From the NCBI RefSeq assembly GCF_009914755.1, contig NC_060932.1: DNA of 64,000 nucleotides. One strand, written 5' to 3'. The DNA comes from the human T2T-CHM13v2.0 reference genome, Homo sapiens. The notes beneath the pieces are model-generated. The model saw only the letters and a program-made list of their open reading frames with translations. It was not told the origin of the DNA and ran no database searches. Position numbers and translations under genes: made by a program. Below are positions 30,450-42,735 of this stretch, piece by piece; within the stretch, counting starts at the first letter, position 1, and the number at the start of each line of letters is the position of its first letter.

Positions 30450-31622
30450 GAGTCAGTCAGAGAGCCTTGGGCCAGAGTTCCAGGGGCTCTGGGAGTGGCT
30501 ACCAGGTGAGTTGAACAGTCCGATTTTCAGTGGGGTCCCACACAGATGGGACGCAGCTTAGGAGGAATCCCGGGTTGCGGGCATTCCTTGGCCTAGTGGG
30601 CAGATTTCTGGCACGTGTAGCAAGCTCTTGGGGGAGGAGTTTCTGGAGGAACGTCTGGCTGCTGTGGTTCAGGCGTTTGGAAGTTCTTGTGTGCTGGAGA
30701 TGTGGCTGGGGTTTGTCTCACAGAGGAGGCAAGGAATTGCAGCTTTTTTCTATTATTGTACACCTTGAAGGTGAGGTTAATTAAGTCTTGTTGTGGGGTT
30801 TGAGGGCAAGATTCTAATTTTTGGAGTTTTATTTAATGTCGGGAGCAGATTGGGTAATAAAATGTATATTGGGAATAAGACAGCCTTTTGACCTTTTAGG
30901 GTCTAGGGCTGTAAAGCGTCTCAGGGTTGCTGCCAAACGAGCCATGAACTGGGCTGGATTTTTATATTTGATGAAAAAGAGCCTAAACGCTATTTGATTT
31001 GGGGTAAAGAAAAAGGAGCATTAACCTTGACTATGCCTTTAGCTCCAGCCACCTTTTTAAGAATAAATTGCTGGGCAGGTGGAGGAGGGCTAGTCATGGA
31101 ACGAAACTGTAAGCCAGACCAGGTGTGAGAAGGGGAGGTGATAAAAGGATTATAGGGTGGAGGAGCAGAGGCTGAGGAAGAATTGGGACCTAGCTCGGCC
31201 TGGCGAGGAGGGGAGGGGTCAGATGGGTCTGTAGAAAAGGAAGATTAGAAAGACTCAGCGACACTTGGGGTTGGGACTGAGGGGACAGGTGGGAGGGAAA
31301 GAAGGAAGATTTGGGATGAGTTGCATTGGGCACAGAGACTAGGAAGGGACCGATGTGTAAAAGAATGCCTGGACATCAGGCACCTCAGACGATTTGCCTA
31401 TTTTATGACAATTATTATTTAGATCTTGTAGGATGGAAAAATTGAATGTGCCGTTTTCTGGCTATTTGGAACTACTGTTGAGTTTGTTTTGGGGTCAAGC
31501 GCATTGCAGAAGAAAATAAGATGCTTAGATTTTAGGTCAGGTGAGAGTTGAAGAGGTTTTAAGTTCTTAAGAACACAGGCTAAGTGAGAAGAAGGAGGAA
31601 CGGAAGGTGGAAGCTTGCCCAT
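30450..31622 (-). pseudogene. gag: HERV-H gag remnant
   Basis: MGKLPPSVPPSSHLACVLKNLKPLQL..HLIFFCN gamma-type matrix start at 31622; downstream disrupted. Confidence 0.75.
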
Positions 31623-31649
31623 AGTGAAGGAGGCAAGTCCAGAGAAAAG

Positions 31650-31930
31650 AGTAGAGACACGGAGAAGGGGTGGGGGGTTCTTGCCCTCCAGAAAAGCAGA
31701 GAAGGGGTTGGGGCATGGAAATAAGAGGTCAGGGTGCGGAAATAAGGGATTGGGGGTTCTTGTCCCCTAGAAAAGCGGGACTTGATGTTAAGGGTGAAGG
31801 AGAAGGGGTTGAAGGGTACTTGCCCCTCCCCCAGAAAAGCAGAGAAGGGGTACAGACATGGAGAGAAGGGGTTGGGGTACTTGTCCCTCCGCCAGAAAAG
31901 TGGGGCTTGCCACTAAGGGTGAAGGACCAA
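31650..31930 (-). repeat. HERV-H leader imperfect tandem repeats
   Basis: Repeated agaaggggttgggg..cttgcccctccc.cagaaaagc units. Confidence 0.7.
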
Positions 31931-32342
31931 GGCAGGCGTCCCTGTGTGGTCTGACAGCTTTGAAACGTGGGTGAATAATCGGAGAGGTGTCCCTGAAATG
32001 ATTAAACACCAAGGGAAGGCTGCCTTCCCAGTCCATGACCGGCGTTGGAGTTTTGGGTCCACGGATAAAACGTGTCTCCTTTGTCTCTACCAGAAAATGA
32101 AAGGAATTGAAATTAAGAGAAGGGAGAGATTGAAGTGTGGTGCCAAGATTGAAAGGACAAAGAGGTTGAGGGATAGTGAGGGAGGTTGGAGAAGAGAGTA
32201 AAAAGAGGCCGCTTACCGGATTTGAAATTGGTGAGATGTTTCTTGGGCTGGTCGGTCTGAGGACCTGAGGTTGTAAGTGGATGTTTCTCATGGAGCAAAG
32301 AGCAGGAGGATGGGGCATTGATCTCCCAAGGGAGGTCCCCCG

Positions 32343-32360
32343 ATCCAAGTCACAGCACCA
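32343..32360 (-). other. Primer binding site, tRNA-His
   Basis: Minus strand TGGTGCTGTGACTTGGAT, CpG-decayed form of TGGTGCCGTGACTCGGAT, directly after U5. Confidence 0.9.
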
Positions 32361-32362
32361 AA

Positions 32363-32469
32363 TTTCATGTGTGTCCGTGTGAAGAGACCACCAAACAGGC
32401 TTTGTGTGAGCAACATGGCTGTTTATTTCACCTGGGTGCAGGCGGGCTGAGTCCGAAAAGAGAGTCAGC
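32363..32469 (-). other. HERV-H 5' LTR remnant (R-U5 only)
   Basis: Minus strand GCTGACTCTCTTTTCGGACTCAGCCCGCC...AATAAACAGCC...CTCTTCACACGGACACACATGAAA; no U3 upstream. Confidence 0.92.
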
Positions 32470-32513
32470 CTGGAGATCATTTTTAATGCCCACTAAAAAA
32501 ATTTAAAGCTGTA

Positions 32514-32863
32514 CAGAGAGAATATCTCTTATCTAAAATGCTTTGGGACCAGAAGTGTCTCACACTTTGAATTTTTGGGGGGGTTTTGGAATATTTGCAT
32601 TTACAGAATAAGATATCCTGGAGATGGGACCTCTGTCTAAAAACAAAATTTATGTTTTTTATATACTTTAAACATACAGCCTGAAGGTAATTTTATACAA
32701 TATTTTAAGTAATTTTTTGCATAAAACAAAAGTTATGATTGCAACATATCACATGAGGTCAAGTGTGGGATCTTCCGCTTGTGGCATCATGTTAGTCCTC
32801 AAAAAGTTTTAGATTTTGGAGCATTTCACATTTTGAATTTTTAGATTAGGGATGTTTAACTTG
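32514..32863 (+). mobile_element. Tigger4b/MER46-like (Zombi) MITE
   Basis: ttatctaaaatgctttgggaccagaagtg ... ttttggagcatttc..attagggatgtttaacttg; TA on both sides. Confidence 0.85.
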
Positions 32864-34187
32864 TATATATTCTCTACTGTTCCATTCAAATTTAAATATC
32901 CAAGGGCTTTGATTTCATCTGTCACATGGCAAAATTAGCATTAAAATTATCTCATATCTAAAACAAAGTTCTTTTCAAAGGCACTTTTTATGTTACATTC
33001 TAGGAACTAAGCATGTAATTATAATACATCCAAAACAAGCGAAGCAGTTTCACAGAGATAGATGTAATTGCTTAACTGTAATAATGCTTACCAATTTTAC
33101 AGAGGAGGAAGCTAAAACTCAAAGAGCTTATATTTAGTAAGTCACAAAGGTTGACTTAGAACCCAGTTCTTTAGGCTCCTAATTTGGTATATTTGTTTCC
33201 CTACCAGTCTTTCTGCAATGCTATAAAATAGAAAGTGACTGCATTTTTTTTTGCTTGTGATTTCATAATATAGTGATTAATCTGTCATTTTTCACTAGAA
33301 GACAAAGGTTTTTGTGCCTTGATTATTCCACATTATGATTTTTTGATGCTGTAAGAAACTATCAGACATCGTCTGATAAAACCATTAATTTTTCTTATTA
33401 TCATAATCACCAATAAGTTTTTACTTTATGATACGTTAAGTAGGAAAAGAGCTCATAAGGTTTCTACAAGCATACACATTAGAAAATAGATATTTGATCA
33501 CAGGAAAAGTCTCATGTGTGAGCTAAAAAGAAATCTAACAATAAATCAGTAGATCATTGTTATGCATTTTTTAGCATTTTAAAATATTTTATGTGTATCT
33601 GTGTGTCCCAGTCCATTTAAATGAAAAAGTTTATGTCTTACGCTTCCTTACTCTTTACAAATCATTAGAGATGTTATTATATACAATATTGTTAAAGGAG
33701 ATTTATAGATATATGTGGAACATAACGTGACCTGCAGTCCAGATACCAGACACACATAGAAGGCAGGAGCTATTTTAAATACATTCAATTACATGGCATT
33801 TGCTAGTTTCTCTGATTTCTTTTGCTTTAGTTTCCCTCAACTGGTGTCAAGAATGTATCCAGCAGGGTCCAAAGTTTTCTGTGATGATGCACTTATCCCT
33901 TGGGAACATGTGACTTTATATCCATACAAATTTTTTAATATATCATTTCACTGCCTTCAGGAGGACATTTGGTAAAGTGATTTAGAGAAATTGAAATGAT
34001 TAAGTCTAAAAATTCAATATGTGTTCCAGAGTTGTGGATTGAGTCAAAAGAGTGAGGAGAGAATATTTAAGTCATTTAATTTTATCTATATTAATTTCTT
34101 AATCCCCCTGCTTTACCCACTGGCTCTCTCTGGCTTTCGTTCTCATTTCTTTTGTGAAATTCACAAAGGGAACATCAGAATCATCTA

Positions 34188-34412
34188 TACTAGACATGGT
34201 GACTATAGGTAGCAAGATACAGGATTCTTGAAATTGCTAAAAGAGTGAATATAAAGGAGTCTCACCATAAAAATGACAACTTTATGAGGTAATGCATATG
34301 TTAATTAGGTAGATGTATTCATCCATCTGCATATTTACTTCAAAACAATATGTTGTATATGGTAAATACAAACAATCTTATCTGTCAATAAAAAAGAAAA
34401 TAAGTAAATAAA
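34188..34412 (+). mobile_element. L1MA 3' end fragment
   Basis: catggtgactatag...gaaattgctaaaagagtgaat...gaggtaatgcatatgttaattag, A-rich tail. Confidence 0.75.
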
Positions 34413-36544
34413 ATACCTATAGCTCACTTAGATGGCTTGGGTAAAAGTGCCTCTTAATTGTTGAATTCACTGCTGGTTTTGATTTTCTCAAGCTGAATAG
34501 CAAGCCACCTACTAATGGAAACAAATTTGCTTATTAGCTTGGCAGTCATATTAAATTTGGAATTTCATTGAATTATTTTTGTGAATGACCAAGGCTGCTT
34601 CTGTGGCACACACGGAACTGGATCGGGGCTGAATAGTACATTTGTCTATGTATCGTTTTGCAAGTAGTTTGATGTTCTCTCTCTCTCTTCCTTTCTTTCA
34701 GGGGCTTCTTGTGTGATCTCAAACCATTTCCTTTTAACTTACCATTTAATATTTGACCATCTAAGTATGAATCATATGTGTGTGTGTTGCACACATTCCT
34801 GTTTCATACACATTCTTTAATAACTCTATAATAGCAAAACATGGAAAGAATGTGCCATCATAAAGTATTTTTTACAAGCATCTGTACATCTTCAGTGATA
34901 CATTTGTTGCCAGTTTGATGCAGAGTTAAGCTGTAATTATTTGGACTAATGAGGTTCCCTGCAGTTAAAATGTTTAGTAACTACTTTTCAGAAGAAAGAA
35001 TGTCAGTCACACATTTTTCTGACCAATTCTAAAATTTAGAGTCCAGAGTTTTTTAATTTTTCAAATGAAAGTTGAAATCCAATCTGGACCTGGCGGGAAT
35101 CTACTGATGCTTGTCCTCTTGCAGCCCTTGAACTGCTTCCTCCGTTGCCACTGACACCTTAATGAAGAGAAAGGTCTTTTGAAAGTAAAAATGCTGAAAT
35201 TTATTACAACTCTTTCTCTGTAATATTAAATGATAGCATTAGAGTATTTTGTTCTTACACACCATTTTTCTTTTCTGGAGCTAAAGTAGTTGCTCCATTA
35301 CTATACAAGCATTGTAAAGTAGATGAGAAAATAAATATTACTCTCTTCAGTATCTAAGGTAACGTAAGCACATTCTTTAAGTGACTTGTCAGAACCACAG
35401 CCCCTCAATTGACAAGTTTGTATTGAAAAACAACAACATGATTTCCAATTCTGTGCTCGTTAATTAAACTGTTTAACTTAGTAATTGAAGCATCAGTTTG
35501 TATTAAAACTTGTTAAAGGGGCTAATAAGACTTTGCAAAGAACTTCTTACTCTTCATAATAACCATGTTAGGAGAGTTGGATCTATTAGTAAGGCACATT
35601 ATTATGAAATTTATATCTTATCATGCTTATTTTGCTACAGTGTCAATCCTGTTTACAAATCTGGAGGAGCGTGTGCTGATTCTGGCCTCTTAAGGAAACT
35701 ATATATTGGTGTACTTTTTTACAGTATCTCATGGCATACTATTTTATCTTCCATGATCACACATCACTCACACCATAGTGTTAAATGCTATTAATTATTT
35801 GCTTGTCTATTCAAAACTTGAAGGTCTGACCTAGTATCTAGCACCCTACTCCTAGCAGTTAGCCTGGGTCACAGATGCTGCTCACTAAGTGTATTGATGA
35901 ATAAATAAAAATAACCCATCATTCTGGATAGTAGAGTGTAAGTTTTATGTAGGTGAGAACAGAGTCTGGCTTTTTCCCCTCGGGCTCTTCCTCAATAACT
36001 TGTAGCACATATTCGATAAATTCTGTGGAGTTTATTTCACACATACCTGCCCACGTGAAGAGGTAGTTTTGACCATGCCATGTTTTGCTTTCCCTCCAAA
36101 TCTCAAAACTTGTAGTATCCAGTTTTCCTGTGATTACTGAAGGATTTGGGAATCAAGATAAATATTGAATTTGGGTTGTCAGAGTTGTTTTTAAGAGAAA
36201 ATAAAACCAAAGAGAAATTACTCTTTGATGCTTGTTTACAAAAGTTCAGCAATATCCTCCTTTCTGCTCTTCCAGGACTGAAAATATCATTTTAAGTGGC
36301 TTTTATTTGTTTACTTTTGTTCTGTATGTTCACTTGCATGTCTGGACACAGACTCATGGTTACTGTTTAATCACTAGGCAGGTTTTATGGTCAAGCATGA
36401 CAGGGAGAAATGTACAAAATCATTCTTTGTAGAAAGCTCATTGTACATAAACCAAGAATATTCCTTTTTGATGGGTTTTCATAAAACCTTCTGCATAAAA
36501 TGCTTTCTTACTTCTTACTGATAGCATTCACTGAGATAAGATAT

Positions 36545-37617
36545 TGACACAGGATATTTTCACTGCTGCTTCACCAGCCAGAGACCTCCGTGGCCAGCAG
36601 CACCCCTGCTTGAATTTTGCTTGCACCTGCTGGGTTTGTTCCACCCACTTGGGCTGGCAAACTGTACTTGGCTCAGCATGCTAGCGGCCTAGATCTCACG
36701 CCTGCCAACGGTGAGCCAGGCATGTTGGTTGCTGTTGTGGGGAAAGCAGCTCCAGGTGCTGGCTCTGTGCGAGACTGCAGCTGGACCAGGTGTATTGCAA
36801 GCAGCTTCTGCCTTGGGTGCTGGTGTTTGGATGAGGGGAATGTGGTAGCACCTGAAAAACTCAGAAAGGCCAGGAACCATGGAGCCTCAAAGAGGGTGTT
36901 ACAGTATGTTACCACTCTGGCTTGGGGAGTCTTGAGGTCTGGGCCCCAGAAGGGTCGCAGCTCATTTGTGTTACAGTTCATTGGTTCCTGCCATCCACAC
37001 GTTTTGGAGAACAGCGGCATGTCCCAGCTTGTTCGGTCCTGTTGCACCGCTCCGACCTGCAACTCCTGGGCTGGCCCGGTCCTGACACTGCTTCCTGTTA
37101 TGTAAGGTGACCACTAGACACCTGCAGAGGGCAGGAGGGCTACAGCTTTACAACTCCTTTCACACCCACTGTTTGGCGGATCCCAGGTTCTTGTCGTGCA
37201 TCCAAAAAGAATGAGGTTATGAGGACAACTGAATAGTGAGCAAGGTGGAGAAGAGTTTTACTGAATGACAGAACAGCCTTCAGCAGAGAGGGAACCTGAA
37301 GTGGGTAGCTCCTACCTGAAGGCAGGTAGTCTCCCTGTATGGCTGAGTCTGGGATTTTTATAGGCTTATAATGGGGGAGGTGAGGGCTTTAGGTAGCCTT
37401 GGAAAAGGCAACATTTGATTGGTTAAAAAGCACTATTTAGAAAGAACCAATTGGGAAAGAGTGGGTGAACAGGAATAGAAGTTCTCACTCCTGTTGCAGA
37501 CTCCATCCCAAACTGGCAACCCTATTTTCAGGCTTCAGGCTGATTTTGGCTTGAAAGTCAGGTTTATGGGGACCCGCCCCTTCTGCCTAGGAATTTGTCT
37601 GCTTCCTCCTGCTACCA
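36545..37617 (-). mobile_element. ERV1 solo LTR (LTR27/LTR28/MER52-related, ~1.07 kb)
   Basis: TG...CA ends, 4-bp TSD atat; minus strand starts tggtagcaggaggaagcagacaaattcctaggcagaaggggcgggtcccc; GC-rich island in AT-rich background. Confidence 0.8.
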
Positions 37618-38764
37618 ATATTACTTGTTAGATATGATTATAGTGAATTTCAAGTGACAATCTAGGTCATTGATCATATTGCTCACTATTTCCAGAGACA
37701 TAAATTATAAATATATAATATAGACATGTATATGTGTGTGCATGTGTATACATGAATGTATGTGCATATGTGGGCATGTATACATATATAATCTTATTCT
37801 CTGAATAAGGTATTCTTTGAATAAAGTGTCTATAAGAACAGTTTACCTAAATTTGCAGAGAAAATTTGGGTCATAAAGGCAAAGGCCAATGATGAACATA
37901 CATTGTTCTATGAAAGGCATCACCTATAGTAAGATCTTCTGAATTCTACACATAGGTTATAAGATAAACTTTACAAAAGGGAAATGCTATGAAGCTTTTT
38001 GTTAGAAATATTATGTATATCTTAAATTGTTGAAATACATAATTTTTTTTTTATTTACATGCTTGCTGTCTGCTACCAGTAATAACTAATTGTAGAAGGG
38101 TAGCCAAGACATGCAGGAGGAAGAAACCTTCTGAAGACACTGAGAACACTATTGGAAATGACATTCTGACTCTCGACTATACACAGAGGAAATAGAAATT
38201 TGAGGAAGATTAAATATTCTCTTCAGAAAATTTCCTTCTGATACTATATTTTCTGTGCAAAATTTAATATGCTGCTATCAGCATATCTTTTTAGCAAAAT
38301 ATTATCTTTAATTCCAATCTTGTTAACTTTTCTATCCTCAGAAAGTATATTTCATATATTATTGTACAATGTTATGTATATATTTTAAAAGTTTTTTTAT
38401 ATTTTTAGTTTATCCCTATAAAAATTTAAATGTGGGAAGATCATCATATTTTGGAAGAAACTGCATGCATGTAGCATAGCTATTTATATATAATTTACAT
38501 TAAAATGTAGAATGCTTTTTCTATTCGTTGGTTACATTTTACATTTGATAATGTTGAAGTCATCATTTTGGCCTGTTTTTTATATAGGAAGAAGGCCCCA
38601 ATGAGAATTCCAGATAACTCAAACTGTTAAACAGATGTATTGATTTTCAAGGTTTCACTCCACAGGAAGTAGACTTAATCTCATTGCCAAGAAAAAGCAA
38701 TTTAAAAAGTAGAAATAGGAATTTTTTTTAGCTTTCTAGAAACTTTAAGACAACACTAAATAAT

Positions 38765-38960
38765 CTTTGAGTGCTTAATGCAAGAAAAAATCTGGTTGTC
38801 TTGCTCTCTAAAACTTACTTCCATCATCTATAAGACAGATAGCAATAGTTTCTGCTAATTAAGGATGTTATGAGGATTAAGTGGGATAGTGCATTTAAAG
38901 TACTTAGACAAAGGCCTAGCTCATGTTCAGTACATAATAAATGGTAGTATTTTTATTATA
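38765..38960 (+). mobile_element. MIR fragment
   Basis: gttatgaggattaagtgggatagtgcatttaaagtacttag core. Confidence 0.65.
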
Positions 38961-39943
38961 AGTCAGGAGGTTTAGTTATCTTCTCTTTTCTAGGTTATAT
39001 ATTTTAAAGTAACATTGCTTGCTTACATACAATAAAAGGTCCCAGTTTAAGTGCACAGTGGAATAAATTTTGACAAATATATACCTCTGTGTAACCACTG
39101 CCACAATGAAAGTATGAAAATTTCCATCACTCCAAAAAATTGTTTGTGCTCCTTTCAGCCTCAGGCAACCACTGATCTGCTTTTAGAAATATAGTTTAGT
39201 TTTGCTTTTTCTAGAATTTCATACAAATGGAATTCTACAATGTGTACATTTTTATTGCCTTCTTTCATTCAGCATGTTTTAAAATTTGACAATAATTTGC
39301 ATATCCAAAATTTGTTCCTTTTTATTGCTCAACAATATTCCATTATTTTAATATATCATAGTTCCTTATCCATTAATCCACTGATGGACATATGGGTTGC
39401 TTTTCATTTTTGGTTATGGTAAATAAAGTTGTTATGAACATTTTCACACAAATCATTTCTGTGTAAATATATTTTAATCTCTCTTTTGTAACTATCTAAA
39501 AGTAGATTTTCTGTATCATATGGTAATTGTTTAGCTTTATAGGAATTTTCCAAGTGACTGCACAATTTTTCATCCCTACCCACAATGGACGAGAATTCCA
39601 ATTGATCTACATATTTACCAACACTTAATATTGCTGGTCTTCTTATTTTTTGGCATTCTAGTGGTTATACAATAGCATCTCATTACAATTCATTAAAATT
39701 ATATTGAAGCTTTCTTCGTTGAGCATATTTTCGTGTGCTTACTGATGATTATTATACTTTCTGTGTCAAATGGTTGTTCAAATCTGTTACCCACACTCAC
39801 TGAATTGTCCTTTCATTGTTGAATTATAAGAATTCATTATTTATTCTGGATACCAGTTTTTTTGAGATATATGTATATTTCCTCCCAATCCGTACTAGGC
39901 ATTTTTATTTTCTGGGGATCTCTTTTGGAAAGAAGAAATGTAT

Positions 39944-40278
39944 TGTATTAGTTTTTTTTCATGCTGGTGATAAAAACATACCTGAGAGTGGGAAGAAAAA
40001 AAGGTTTAATGAACTTACAGTTCCACATGGCTGGGGATGCCTCACAGTCATGGTGGAAGGTGAAAGGCATGTCTCATCTGGCGGCAGACAAGAGAAGAGA
40101 GCTTGTGCAGGGAAACTCCCCCTTATATAATCATCAGATCTGTATGACTTACTCACCATCATGAGAACAGCACAGGAAAGACTTGCCCCCATGATTCAAT
40201 TACCTCCCACCAGGTTCCTCCCACAACATGTGGGAATTCAAGATGAAATTTGGGTGGGAACACAGCCAAACCATATCA
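39944..40278 (-). mobile_element. THE1 (B/C-like) MaLR solo LTR
   Basis: tgtattagt...cagttccacatggctgggga...cacagccaaaccatatca; TSD tgtat/tttat. Confidence 0.9.
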
Positions 40279-40509
40279 TTTATGTTTTGGTAATCCCTAA
40301 GTTATTTATTTATATTTTACAGTTCATGATTTGGGGCATTCTTATCTAAAAATTACCAAAACAAAATCACAGAGATTGTAGATTTTTTCCCTTTATGCTC
40401 TTTTAAGAAGTAAAATACTTTTAACATCTACGCTTGATTGATCAATTTCTATGTCTGTTCTTATATCAACGTAACAGTGTATTTATTAGAATAGCCTTAT
40501 CAAAGTCTT

Positions 40510-40711
40510 CCAGCCCAGGCAATATGGTGAGACTCCATCTTTACAAAAAATAGAAATAACTCTCTGGGCTCACGCCTGCAGTCTCAGCACTTGGGAGCCT
40601 GAGGTGGGAAGATCACTTGAGCCCAGGAGGTTGAGGCTGCAGTGAGTGGAGATCACTCCACATCAGCCTGGGTGACACAGCAAGACCCTGTCTCAAAAAG
40701 AAAACAAAAAA
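40510..40711 (+). mobile_element. 5'-truncated AluJ
   Basis: gatcacttgagcccaggaggttgaggctgcagtgag; A-rich tail. Confidence 0.85.
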
Positions 40712-40784
40712 CGTTTTGAAATAAAGTCTTTAAAATGTGTCCTTTATTTTCGAAACTGTTTTGGCTATTAAAGATTCTTTTTAT

Positions 40785-41190
40785 TTCATTTTTAAAATTT
40801 ATGATAGACATACTAATTGTACATATTTTTGAGTTATAATGTGTTTTTTTACATGTACACATTACACAACGATCCAATCTGGGTAATTAACATATGCATC
40901 ACCTTAAACATCATTTCCTTGTAATAAGAACATTAAAGAACTTGTCCTAGTTATTTTGAAATGTACAATACACTATTGTTAAGTCTAGTCATCCTACTGT
41001 ACAATAGGAAAACTGAACTTATTCTTCCTAACTGTAACTTTGTATTGATTGACCAATCTCTCCCCATTCCCACCTCCTCTTTACCTTCTCCATCCTCTAG
41101 TAACCACTATTCTACTGTCTATTTCTAAGAGAACAAATTTATAGTCTACATATAAATATGTGAAGTGAGATAATGAGATATTTGTCACTT
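40785..41190 (-). mobile_element. L1MA 3' end
   Basis: aattgtacatattt...ctagttattttgaaatgtacaatacactattgttaa. Confidence 0.75.
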
Positions 41191-42371
41191 TAAAATCAAT
41201 ATGAAAATTTTTACTGAAACCAAAACAAAGCAAAGCAAAACAAACAAAACATATAAAGATTTTGGCTGGTATTGTGTTGACTCCTTAGATCAATTTTAGG
41301 ATAATATAAAAATATTGTGTTTTCCAATTTATGAAGTTGGTATATCTCACCATTTGTTCTCCTCTTTTGCAATTTCTTACAACAGAATATCATATGTTTC
41401 ATTGTACAGGTCTTGTATATATTTTGCTAAATTCATTCCTAAGTATGTCATGTTTTTAGTGCTATTGTAAATGGCATTTTAAAATTTTGTTTGCAGGTAT
41501 TATTTGCCAGTATATAGAAATATAATTGCATTCACATGGCCCTTTGCAACTTTACTAAATTCATAATTTTGTGTCTATTTAATGATTCCTTGGAATTCTC
41601 TCCATAAAAGATTATGTCCTCTGTAAGTAAATTTGTTTTATTTTTCCTTTCTAATATCTATGACTTTTCGTTCCTTTTTGCTTTATTGCACTAACATAAA
41701 ATCCAATCAATTATTGACTAGCAGTTGTAAATGCAAACTTCTTTGCCTTTTTACTAATTTTAGGATGAAAACATTCAGTGTTTCTTCTTATGATTTTAAC
41801 TGTAAGGTTTTCATAGATACTCTTTAGCAGATTGAAGTAACTTCCTTATGTTACTGTTTTTCTGGTTGTTTTAACATGAATATATATAAAATTTTGTTAA
41901 ATGCTTTTCTACCATCTATTTAAATGACTATGTTTTCTGTATTATTATGTTAGTTTGATGAAGGTGTAAAATCCTTTGGATAAAATCAAAATAGAAATGG
42001 GCACCACTAGAAGACATTTTTATTCAGGTGACAAGGATTTTATGAGTGATTTCAGGTATATTTTATAAATACCCATATCAGTACTTCCTAATACAGTATT
42101 GGAATGTAAAGAATAAAGAATTGTTAACAATGACTTCTGAGTTCTAAATAGTTTAATGATGACTTCCAGGTACCGAGTGTGGATGAAGAGTCACTTACTG
42201 AAATAAAGAAAACCTACATACAGTACATTTAATTTTGGTGGGACATGATAAATCTTAGATACTTATGAGGATCTAAGAGGAATAACTAACTTGCAAGTTA
42301 AATAAATGACTGGAGCTAAGAGCAGAGGTCTGAGCTTTAGTTTACATTTAAGAAATATAGAATATGGCTGA

Positions 42372-42735
42372 TTTTTAAAAAATCTATTTTAATTGACAAA
42401 TAATAATTGTACATATTCATGGGGTACATAGTGATGTTTCAATACATATAATGTATAGTGATCAGATCAGAGAAATTGGCATAGCCATAATCTCAAGCAT
42501 TTGCCATTTCTTTGTATTGGGAATGTTCAATATCTCCTTTCAGGTTATTTGAAACTATATGTTATTTTTAACTATCATCACCCCACAGTGGTAAAGAGCA
42601 CTAGAACTTTTTTCTCCTATGTAGCTGTAATTTTGTATCCTTGACAAATCTCTTTCTATTCCTCCCTTCCTCCTACCCTTCCCAGCCTCTAGTAGTTTCT
42701 GTCCTGTTTTTTACTTCTATGAGATCAACTTTTTA
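42372..42735 (-). mobile_element. L1MA 3' end, inserted in L2-like sequence
   Basis: ataattgtacatattcatggggtacatagtgatgtttcaatac...ttctatgagatcaacttttag. Confidence 0.8.

Larger units (their letters stand above)
27154..32470 (-). mobile_element. HERV-H processed (L1-retrotransposed) copy: R-U5 / internal / U3-R / polyA
   Basis: HERV-H internal and LTR7-type sequence; 5' end lacks U3, 3' end lacks U5 and ends in polyA; TSD tgaagatcattttt (27140-27153) / tggagatcattttt (32471-32484). Confidence 0.92.
39000..41960 (-). mobile_element. Old L1M (MC/MD-like) antisense, interrupted by THE1, AluJ and L1MA pieces
   Basis: taaattttgacaaatatatacc..gtaaccactgccacaat, ttctagaatttcatacaaatgg; antisense ORF2 at 41200-41960. 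Confidence 0.65.

Noticed and set aside
31788-32480. 230-aa ORF, the longest in the window
   Set aside because: Starts in the TSD at a non-ATG codon and runs through the HERV-H R-U5/leader; no recognisable domain; pyrimidine-rich leader is open by chance.
33360-33378. 8-bp hairpin tatcagac-atc-gtctgata
   Set aside because: Short enough to occur by chance in 64 kb, and no ancestral control is available.
36617-37110. Overlapping 162-aa and 129-aa ORFs on opposite strands
   Set aside because: Lie inside a GC-rich solo LTR with few stop codons; no protein motifs.
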